Assembly (NCBI GenBank): GCA_945869735.1
Contig: CAMBPQ010000003.1
Span: forward strand, 4,076-68,075
Length of the DNA: 64,000 nucleotides
From: Planctomicrobium piriforme
GTDB lineage: Bacteria > Planctomycetota > Planctomycetia > Pirellulales > UBA1268
Reading direction: 5' to 3'
Position 1 is the stretch's first letter. Each line of letters begins with the position of its first letter. A program made the translations under genes and the position numbers. Of this stretch, positions 56,795 through 64,000 are shown in pieces. The notes under the pieces are model-generated. The model did not search any database, was not told where the DNA came from, and worked only from the letters and a program-made list of their open reading frames with translations.

Positions 56795-57767
56795 TCAGGG
56801 CCGGCGACGGCAGCGGAACGCCACCACCGCCATCCCAGCTGCGGCGGCCAACAGAATGAGCGATGCCGGCTCGGGCACGCTGACGACAGTCACGTAACTC
56901 CCGGAAAGCTCGTCGCTCGTAAAGTTCGAACCACAAGTCGAGTCGTCCTATGTGAACAGCCACTGGTTCAGGCCTGCGGCGAAGGTTTCGCCATTCGCGA
57001 GTACGTTGCCGTCATACGTGAACAGGCCGTCATTCCACGAGTTGCTGCTGGAGCTGATCAGCGCGAACTTCGTGCCCTCGGGGAAGGCCACCTTCGTCAA
57101 GGCGATATCGCTGAACTCCAGAATCGAACCACTGCTGATCGAAAGATTACCGTTGGCGACGAGCAGGTCGGCGGCCGAGCCCAAGCTGATAAGGATCGAC
57201 GAATCGACCTCGTAGGCAAATGTGGATGAGCCGAAGAAGGTCGTGGCACCAACCGCCGGTGATTCGACGCTCGCACCCGGCGCCAGGATGTAGCTGGCCG
57301 TTGCCGTTGGTGTTCCAGGTGGGGTAAGAGTTGCGATCGGAACGTTGAACGACGCATAGTGCGGATTCAAGCTGCCTCCCGCCAAGGTCCCCGTGGAAAC
57401 CAGAGATGGTGAATCCCGCCTCAACGCCGGTCTGCGTGACGCCAAAGTTGTAGATTCTCGCCGTCACGTCGTCGAAGGTGACCGTAGCACCACCGTTGGA
57501 CGATGTACCCATCGTCACCAAATCGGCCCGGGCCGCCACCGAACTGGCCACGAGCAGAACGGCGATGACGGGGCAGACAAACGATCGGAGGAGCGGGCGG
57601 TGAGTGGCGTTCTTGAGTATCGTGGCGTTCTCCCCTGGATAAGCGGTGGGTTTCGGTCTGTCGGCGTTTAGACCGATGACAGACCGAAAGGCGCAAATGT
57701 CGTGCCAAAGCCAAGGCCTGCATCGCTTCAATCTGGAGAGCAGATGTTGATCAGCCGTAATGCGCAT
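56795..57767 (-). pseudogene. PEP-CTERM sorting-domain protein gene disrupted by one frameshift and one in-frame TAG
   Basis: Signal-like PLLRSFVCPVIAVLLVASSVAARA. The frame changes near 57385-57400 (G run). TAG at 56948-56950 is followed in the same frame by 50 codons ending VVSVPEPASLILLAAAAGMAVVAFRCRRRP*. Confidence 0.6.
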
Positions 57768-58201
57768 TCAGGCAGCATTACGTTGCGGCATTCCGAGGGG
57801 GTGACCTACTTCCCTCGCTAGCACCCGCTTCGCAGGGGTGGGGCAATCTGCACCCTGGGGGGCCTTTTGCAGCCCGGAGTTGGGTTTGCATGGCCCTCGT
57901 GGTGGGGCCTGTTGCGCCCGTGTTTTGGTCGCTTCGCCCCAGAAGTGGGTCGCTTTGCGCCACCCCACTCTTGACTGTCCTGCTAGCCCTGCGGAGGTGG
58001 ATGCGGCCCCCCTGGGGGTGGGCCGAGCGGTGGCCGGCGCGGCGGCCGTAACGAACGTAGCAAGCAGCGAATCGACCGCTCGACGCCGGAGCAGCGGGCT
58101 CAGCAGTCAGAATATCGCCGCGCGGTCGAGGAACGCCGCAAGGAACTCGGCTTGAGCCCCAGCCGTCGCGGCTGAAGCCATTCCGCGGATTGCGGGCGTT
58201 C

Positions 58202-58300
58202 GAGCGCATCTCGGATAGCTGAAGCGGCGACTTGGCAAACTGGAACAGGGAGGCAAAGGGGCCGGCGAACGCTCGTGGAGCGTCGGGCCGCCGCGGCATC
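58202..58300 (+). repeat. Family A fragment (A7)
   Basis: Starts GAGCGCATCT, then ...GAGGCAAAGGGGCCGGCGAACGCTCGTGGAGC, similar to A4 41080-41110. Truncated. Confidence 0.55.
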
Positions 58301-58798
58301 GTGACTGCCAGCGCCAGGATCACGAGGCCGGGCTTTGCCGACTCGGGGATCGAAAGCGACGGCCACCATGCCGAGCACCACCCGCACCGGCCACGGCGAG
58401 GATCCGCCCGCGGCTTTTGAGGTTCACGAGAATCGAGAGCAGGAGGAGAAGCACCCACATCGCACATGGGTTGAAGCATCCCCAGACGCTCGGGATCGAC
58501 GCGAACCAACCACGGCAGATCGATGGATTCGGCCGTGCGATGCCTGCGGACAAGTTCCGCGAGCACCTCGCGATCGGCCGCCGCTGCTGAGCCGGCACAT
58601 GCGGCCACAAGGATCGCGGCAGCGATGAATCGGCGGTGATCTGGCATGCGTTGTCACGTCACGTGCGGGAGCGGCTCGCGAAACGTCCGAAACATCGTAC
58701 AACCGTGGTCCAGCGTCACGTGCGAGCGTCCGCGACACGTGTCGCCGTTGAACGGCACGGAGCGGACAGGCTACCTTTCAGTCACCGGAGATCGTTGC

Positions 58799-59593
58799 AT
58801 GCTGCCCACTCGACTCATTGGCGGAATCGTCGCGGCGGCTTTCGTGGTAGCGGCCGGGATGCCGGCAACGACCCGAGCCGCCAATCCACTCCGCGTGGGC
58901 ATGGAACTCTCCTATCCGCCCTTCGAGATGACTGATCCGCAGGGCCGGCCGGCCGGCATCAGCGTGAAAATCGCCGAGGCACTCGGCCGGCACCTGGACC
59001 GTCAGGTCGTGATCGAAAATATCGCCTTCGACGGCCTGATCCCCGCGCTGAAGTCGCGAACCGTCGACTGCGTCATCTCGTCGATGACTGCGACGCCGGA
59101 GCGGGCAAAGTCGATCGCCTTCTCGGACCCGTATCTCAAGACCGGCCTCGCCCTGCTGATCGCAGCGAACTCACCCCTGCAGTTGGCGGCCGACCTCGAC
59201 GGAGAGGGCCTGGTCGTCGCGGTGAAGCAGGGTACGACCGGACAGCAGTGGGCGGCCGCGTCGCTCACGAAGGCGAAACTACTCGTGCTCGATAGCGAGG
59301 CTGCAGCCGTGCTGGAGGTACTCCAGGGCCGCGCCGATGCGTTCATCTACGACTCGATGTCGGTCTACAAGAACCACCAGCGGCATGCGGGAAAGACGCG
59401 GGCCGTGCTCAAATCCTTCAAGGAGGAGCCATGGGCCGTGGGTCTCCGGCAGGGGGATGAAGAACTGCGGCGGCAGGTCAACGAGTTCCTGCGGGAGTTC
59501 CGCGAGCAGGGGGGCTTCGAGAGGCTCGGCGACGAATTCCTTGCCGAGCAGAAGGCGTATTTCAAAGAGCACGACATCCCCTTTTACTTCTAG
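58799..59593 (+). CDS. Polar amino acid ABC transporter substrate-binding protein (family 3 SBP)
   Basis: Signal peptide, LRVGMELSYPPFEM.D..G...G..V.....L......V......FDGLIPAL.S...D..ISSMT.T.ER.....FS.PY. Confidence 0.85.
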   Translation: MLPTRLIGGIVAAAFVVAAGMPATTRAANPLRVGMELSYPPFEMTDPQGRPAGISVKIAEALGRHLDRQVVIENIAFDGLIPALKSRTVDCVISSMTATPERAKSIAFSDPYLKTGLALLIAANSPLQLAADLDGEGLVVAVKQGTTGQQWAAASLTKAKLLVLDSEAAAVLEVLQGRADAFIYDSMSVYKNHQRHAGKTRAVLKSFKEEPWAVGLRQGDEELRRQVNEFLREFREQGGFERLGDEFLAEQKAYFKEHDIPFYF

Positions 59594-59615
59594 CGCGACC
59601 GCCACTCTCAACGGG

Positions 59616-59746
59616 GTCGCCACCCGCATACCCATCGCTCGCGCTCCGGGCTTCTTGGACACGCCGCCTCCCGACAGGAAGCCCCAAGCGCGAGCGCGGG
59701 GAATACGCCCCCCACCCCAACCCGCTCCACACCGCGCCCACGCGGG
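59616..59746. repeat. Family D unit followed by family B unit (the same modules as 55015-55136 in swapped order)
   Basis: GTCGCCACCCGCATACCCATCGCTCGCGCTCCGGGCTTCTTGG, then CCCGACAGGAAGCCCCAAGCGCGAGCGCGGGGAATACGCCCCCCACCCCAACCCGCTCC. Confidence 0.75.
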
Positions 59747-59762
59747 ACGCTACACTTCCTGC

Positions 59763-60506
59763 ATGCCCCGCTGGCTCGCTTACACGCTCGTGCTCGCCCT
59801 GCTTGCCGCCGGCGGTGCGTGGGCGTTTGCCAGCCTCGACATGAACTGGAACTGGGGACTCGTCTGGGAATACCGCGCGGCTTTCGTGCGGGGCTGGTGG
59901 ATGACGGTCGCCCTCAGCCTGGCGTCACTCCTGACCAGCAGCCTGTTCGGGATCATCGCCGCCGTCATGCTGCGGTCGCGGTTCACGTTCGCTCAGGCGG
60001 TCGCCCGCGTCTACGTTGAACTGATCCGCGGCACACCCCTGCTCGTCCAATTGCTGATCGGCTGGTATGTGATCGCCGCGGCACTCCGCGTGGGCTCCGA
60101 CCAACGGTATCTGGTCGGTGTGCTCGTGCTTTCGCTGTTCAGTGGGGCCTACATGGCGGAGATCTTCCGCGGTGGGCTCGACGCGATCCCGCGAACGCAA
60201 CTCGACAGCGCGCGTGCCATCGGGCTGACGCCCTGGCAGACGCTTCGGCTCGTCGTGCTGCCCCAGGCGGTGCGGATCGTCCTGCCCGCCGTGGCTGGGC
60301 AACTTGTGTCGCTCGTCAAGGATTCGTCGCTGCTGTCGGTCATCTCGATCGCGGAGTTCACGTTCAATGCCCGCAACGTCAACTCGGCCACGTACTCGAC
60401 GCTCGAAAGTTACCTGCCGCTCGCGGTCGGCTACCTCGCCCTGACGCTGCCGCTTTCGGCTCTCTCCCGCTGGCTTGAGCGCCGCTTCCGCTACGAGGCT
60501 GCATGA
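59763..60506 (+). CDS. Amino acid ABC transporter permease (His/Glu/Gln/Arg/opine family)
   Basis: ELIRGTPLLVQLL, and the EAA-loop-like DSARAIGLTPWQTLRLVVLPQA. Confidence 0.9.
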   Translation: MPRWLAYTLVLALLAAGGAWAFASLDMNWNWGLVWEYRAAFVRGWWMTVALSLASLLTSSLFGIIAAVMLRSRFTFAQAVARVYVELIRGTPLLVQLLIGWYVIAAALRVGSDQRYLVGVLVLSLFSGAYMAEIFRGGLDAIPRTQLDSARAIGLTPWQTLRLVVLPQAVRIVLPAVAGQLVSLVKDSSLLSVISIAEFTFNARNVNSATYSTLESYLPLAVGYLALTLPLSALSRWLERRFRYEAA

Positions 60507-61255
60507 ATCTGGCGATCAACGGCCTGGTGCAGCGGTTCACCGATCCGGACGGGAGGCGGCCGCCAGCCACCGTCCTTGACGGCCTGAACCTCACGACCGG
60601 CGACATTCAGGCCCTCGTGCTCGTGGGCCCCTCCGGTGGCGGCAAGTCGACACTCCTGCGAATCCTCGCGGGGCTCGATGTGTCGACATCGGGCACGGTG
60701 GCCTTTGACGGCGTGCCACTGCCGCGCGATGAGAAGGCTCTGCAGGGGTATCGGCGGACGGTCGCGACGGTGTTCCAGGCCTACAATCTCTTTCCGCACC
60801 TGACCGCAATGCAAAACCTCCTCTTGCCGCTGGTGCACGTCCACGGGCTCACTGAGCCAGAGGCACTCGAGCGGGTCCGCGAGCCACTCGAACGATTCGG
60901 CCTCACCGCCCACGCCTACAAGCGACCGGCCGAACTCTCCGGTGGCCAAAAGCAGCGAATCGCAATCCTCCGCGCCCTCGTCGTGCAGCCGAGCCGGCTG
61001 TTCCTCGACGAACCGACATCAGCGCTCGACCCGGAGATGACCGGCGAAGTGCTGGAGATGATCGGGGAACTGAAGGCGCTGGGCACCCAGTTTGTGCTTG
61101 TGACACACGAGATGGGATTCGCGCGAAAGGTCGCCGACGAGATTGCCTTCATCGTCGACGGCAGCGTCGGAGCCCACGCCCCGGCCGCTGACTTCTTGGA
61201 CCGCTGTACGGATCCGAGGATTCGTCTGTTTCTCGACAGGACGCTCCACGCATGA
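60503..61255 (+). CDS. Amino acid ABC transporter ATP-binding protein
   Basis: GPSGGGKSTLLR, FQAYNLFPHLT, LSGGQKQRIAILRAL, LFLDEPTSALDPE, VTHEMGFA. ATGA overlap with the permease. Confidence 0.9.
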   Translation: MNLAINGLVQRFTDPDGRRPPATVLDGLNLTTGDIQALVLVGPSGGGKSTLLRILAGLDVSTSGTVAFDGVPLPRDEKALQGYRRTVATVFQAYNLFPHLTAMQNLLLPLVHVHGLTEPEALERVREPLERFGLTAHAYKRPAELSGGQKQRIAILRALVVQPSRLFLDEPTSALDPEMTGEVLEMIGELKALGTQFVLVTHEMGFARKVADEIAFIVDGSVGAHAPAADFLDRCTDPRIRLFLDRTLHA

Positions 61256-62283
61256 CATCCATCCATAAACCACCCGTCGATGCCACCCGTTCGGCTTTTC
61301 TCGGTGCGCTGATCGCCGACGCAGTGGCGATGCCCGTCCACTGGTACTACGACCAGCGGGCGCTCGAACGCGATTACGGCACGATCACGGGATACGTCGC
61401 CCCGCACAACCCGCATCCCGACAGCATTCTCTGGCGGTCGCAGTGGACGCCCCCCTCGGCAAAGTTCGACATCCTCCGCGAGCAGGCGGCCTCCTGGGGC
61501 AAACGCGGCGTTCATTACCATCAGTTTCTCGCCGCTGGTGACAACACCGTCAACTTCCAACTGGCGGTCGAACTCCACGACCTCGTCCGCCGTGATCGCG
61601 ACTACGATCCCGAGCGCTGGCTGGACCGGTATGTGGCGTTCATGCTGGAGTCGGGCCGCCACCGCGACACCTACGTCGAGGAATATCACCGCCATTTCTT
61701 TACCAACCTCGCGGCAGGCCGCAAGCCCATCAACTGCGGCGTCCGCGACGTGCATATCGGCGGCCTCGTGCCGGTGCCCGCGCTTGTGGCGGCGCTGGGG
61801 TCGCGACATCCTGACCTGCGCCGGATCGTCCGTCTCCACGTGAACCTCACCCACAAGGACGACGACGTCTTGGCGGCGGCCGATGCGCTCGTGCGGATGC
61901 TCATCGACGTGATCCCGCTTCCAGAAGCGTTGACACCGTCGGGCGACGAGGCGGCTGCCATACTCCGCGAGGCCATCCTGCAGCATGGCCGCGATTGGAT
62001 ATCCACGGCAAAACTCCGAGACTGGGCTGCCCTCTCCGACCGCCAACTCGTGGGCGGCACACTCAGTTCGGCCTGCTATATCGACGATGCGTTTCCGGCG
62101 GCACTGGCTCTGGCCCACCGGTATGCCGGCGATTTCGCGGGCGGCGTCTTCGCTAACGCGAGGTGCGGAGGCGATAACTGCCACCGCGGCGCCGTCGTGG
62201 GATCACTCCTCGGCGCGACCGCTGCCATCCCCGACCCACTGCTGGTCGGCCTCTCCAACGGTGCTAGACTTCGAGACTCGTAA
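61252..62283 (+). CDS. ADP-ribosylglycohydrolase family protein
   Basis: N-terminal GALIADAVAMPVHWYY and C-terminal GGDNCHRGAVVGSLLGA match the ARH family metal-binding blocks. ATGA overlap with the ATPase gene. Confidence 0.8.
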   Translation: MTSIHKPPVDATRSAFLGALIADAVAMPVHWYYDQRALERDYGTITGYVAPHNPHPDSILWRSQWTPPSAKFDILREQAASWGKRGVHYHQFLAAGDNTVNFQLAVELHDLVRRDRDYDPERWLDRYVAFMLESGRHRDTYVEEYHRHFFTNLAAGRKPINCGVRDVHIGGLVPVPALVAALGSRHPDLRRIVRLHVNLTHKDDDVLAAADALVRMLIDVIPLPEALTPSGDEAAAILREAILQHGRDWISTAKLRDWAALSDRQLVGGTLSSACYIDDAFPAALALAHRYAGDFAGGVFANARCGGDNCHRGAVVGSLLGATAAIPDPLLVGLSNGARLRDS

Positions 62284-62304
62284 GACCACGTCCAGAGGAC
62301 ATCC

Positions 62305-64000
62305 ATGAACCCGTCCGCCGGTTCTTTCACCAAGGCGTCGGCCTCGGCCGCTGGGGTATTTGCTGCCCTCTCAACTCCGGTCGTCCCGACCCGAACCGTC
62401 ATACTTGACGCCGATCCGGCGGCCACCGATCCAGTGGCGGCGAAGCGGGCCGAGATCCGCCGTTACTTTCACCAGACCTGCGAACTCTACGACCGGCTCT
62501 TCGCGCTCATCCGCGATGATGCGTCGCTGTACGAGCGGCACGAGCCGCTTCGGCATCCACTGATTTTCTACTTCGCCCATCCGGCCGTCTTCTACCTCAA
62601 TAAATTGACCGCCGGCCGCTTCGTGTCGGAGCGTCTCGACCCCGGCATCGAGGCGATGATGGCAGTGGGCGTCGACGAGATGTCGTGGGACGACCTCAAC
62701 ACGGCCCACTACGATTGGCCAGCGGTGACCGCCGTCCACCGCTATCGTGCCGCAATGCGGAAGCTGGTCGATGGGTTCATTCAGACGATGCCGCTGGAAC
62801 TACCGATCCGTTGGAACTCGCCAGCCTGGCTGATCCTGATGGGCATCGAGCACGAGCGGATCCATCTTGAGACCTCGAGCGTGATCATGCGGCAGATGCC
62901 GCTCGATGAGTTACGGCATGGCGACGAACTCGCGGCGGACGAGCAGCGTCTCTGGGGCTCTTGCCCCGCGAGCGGCCCGGCGGCCACCAACGAATGGCTG
63001 CCGGTCCCGGCGGCACACGTCCGGCTCGGCAAGCGGAACGACGACCGCACCTACGGCTGGGATAACGAGTACGGCAGTGATACGGTCGACCTGCCCGCCT
63101 TCCGCGCCGGAAAGCGGCTCGTATCCAACGCGGAATTTCTCGAGTTCGTGGCCGACGGCGGCTATCGCGACACCGCTTGGTGGACCGAGGAGGGCCGCGG
63201 TTGGCTGCACTACACCCGGGCCGAGCATCCAAGATTCTGGAAGAAGCAGGGCGACGCCTACCTCCAGCGGAATCTGCTCGAGGAGATCCCGCTCCCGATG
63301 AACTGGCCCGTCGAGGTGAACTGTCTGGAGGCTCAGGCCTACTGTGCTTGGCTGGCGGCAAGAACGGGGGAAAACGTCTTGTTGCCGACGGAAGCACACT
63401 GGCAGGTGCTCCGTGACACCGTCCCCGGCGACCAGCCCTCATGGAAGCACGCGCCAGGCAACATGAACCTCGAGCACTTCGCCTCCAGTTGTCCGGTCGA
63501 TGCCTTCCCACAGGGCGACTTCTGCGACATCGTTGGCAACGTCTGGCAGTGGACTCGCACGCCGATCATGCCCTTTAAGGGCTTCGAGGTGCATCCGCTC
63601 TACGACGACTTTTCGGTGCCAACGTTCGACGGCCGGCACAACCTCATCAAGGGTGGCTCGTGGATCTCGACGGGCAACGAAGCAATCGCCAGCGCCCGCT
63701 ATGCATTCCGCCGCCATTTCTTCCAGCACGCTGGTTTTCGCACGATCATCGAGGAGCCAGGCAACGAGGCGGCAACCGCCGGCTCACGACTGTACGAGAC
63801 CGATCAACTCGTCGCGCAATATCTCGACTTCCACTATTTTGACGCCCCTTCCGGCGAGTTTGACGCCGCTTCCATTCGAGGGGCCACGGTCCTCGGCGTA
63901 CCCAACTTCCCCAGGGCCTGCGTCGCAGCGACCATGCCGCACGTGGCTGCCGATCGTCGCGAACGATGCCTCGACATCGGTTGTTCCGTAGGCCGGTCGG
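62305..64000 (+). CDS. ovoA: 5-histidylcysteine sulfoxide synthase / ovothiol biosynthesis protein OvoA (3' end outside the window)
   Basis: Hand translation is open from ATG 62305 to the window end. DinB-like HPLIFYFAHPAVFYLNKL and MGIEHERIHLETSSVIMRQ. FGE-sulfatase-like GNVWQWT...KGGSW. The SAM methyltransferase motif I LDIGCSVGRS begins at the edge. It is absent from the ORF track because no stop is reached. Confidence 0.85.
   Translation, partial: MNPSAGSFTKASASAAGVFAALSTPVVPTRTVILDADPAATDPVAAKRAEIRRYFHQTCELYDRLFALIRDDASLYERHEPLRHPLIFYFAHPAVFYLNKLTAGRFVSERLDPGIEAMMAVGVDEMSWDDLNTAHYDWPAVTAVHRYRAAMRKLVDGFIQTMPLELPIRWNSPAWLILMGIEHERIHLETSSVIMRQMPLDELRHGDELAADEQRLWGSCPASGPAATNEWLPVPAAHVRLGKRNDDRTYGWDNEYGSDTVDLPAFRAGKRLVSNAEFLEFVADGGYRDTAWWTEEGRGWLHYTRAEHPRFWKKQGDAYLQRNLLEEIPLPMNWPVEVNCLEAQAYCAWLAARTGENVLLPTEAHWQVLRDTVPGDQPSWKHAPGNMNLEHFASSCPVDAFPQGDFCDIVGNVWQWTRTPIMPFKGFEVHPLYDDFSVPTFDGRHNLIKGGSWISTGNEAIASARYAFRRHFFQHAGFRTIIEEPGNEAATAGSRLYETDQLVAQYLDFHYFDAPSGEFDAASIRGATVLGVPNFPRACVAATMPHVAADRRERCLDIGCSVGRS

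Noticed and set aside
57778-58647. 289-aa minus-strand ORF with a signal-peptide-like N-terminus (MPDHRRFIAAAILVAACAGSAAAA)
   Set aside because: Only the first ~60 residues look protein-like. The remainder is low-complexity Arg/Pro/Gly-rich sequence that reads through the family A fragment at 58202-58300. A short secreted protein or a decayed gene is possible but cannot be supported.

Overview
High-GC (roughly two-thirds G+C by eye) bacterial chromosomal segment. It is almost certainly Planctomycetota, because it carries a DUF1559 protein with a type II pseudopilin-like N-terminus, a PEP-CTERM gene remnant and a SpoVG variant. Most of the window is densely packed housekeeping genes: cysI/sir 3' end, rsmE, rlmN, ispE, ilvE, lolD plus a Lol-type permease, lysS, mogA, hemB, queD, hisI, aqpZ, dgkA, a peroxiredoxin, bioD, feoAB, groESL, and a 5'-partial ovoA at the right edge. 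The main accessory block (about 25.4-41.0 kb) is a surface-polysaccharide locus. It holds rfbBDAC (dTDP-L-rhamnose), a 996-aa sulfotransferase/coiled-coil/GT2/GT2 fusion protein, a GT4, a second sulfotransferase-like gene translationally coupled to wzt-wzm, two more GT2 genes, an SDR epimerase-like gene and a Wzy_C/O-antigen-ligase-like protein with C-terminal TPRs. Intergenic DNA carries at least three interspersed repeat families. Family A is a ~156-bp MITE-like element with 8-bp terminal inverted repeats (GAGCGCAT). I count 7 full or partial copies, several abutting stop codons. Families B/D (inverted pairs) and C occur as shuffled mosaics. tRNA-Asn(GUU) is followed by a ~0.95-kb islet bounded by an 18-bp direct repeat of the tRNA 3' end and carrying a DUF4160/DUF2442 pair. 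Downstream lies ~1.4 kb of decayed DNA with an IS91-family transposase fragment. A PEP-CTERM gene carries a frameshift and an in-frame TAG. No CRISPR array, rRNA or intact transposase was seen. I found no clear defence or otherwise novel multi-gene system. The most unusual items are the sulfotransferase-ruler-polymerase-like fusion, the repeat elements, and the ABC importer/ADP-ribosylglycohydrolase/OvoA operon. All homology calls come from motif recognition by eye, not database searches.
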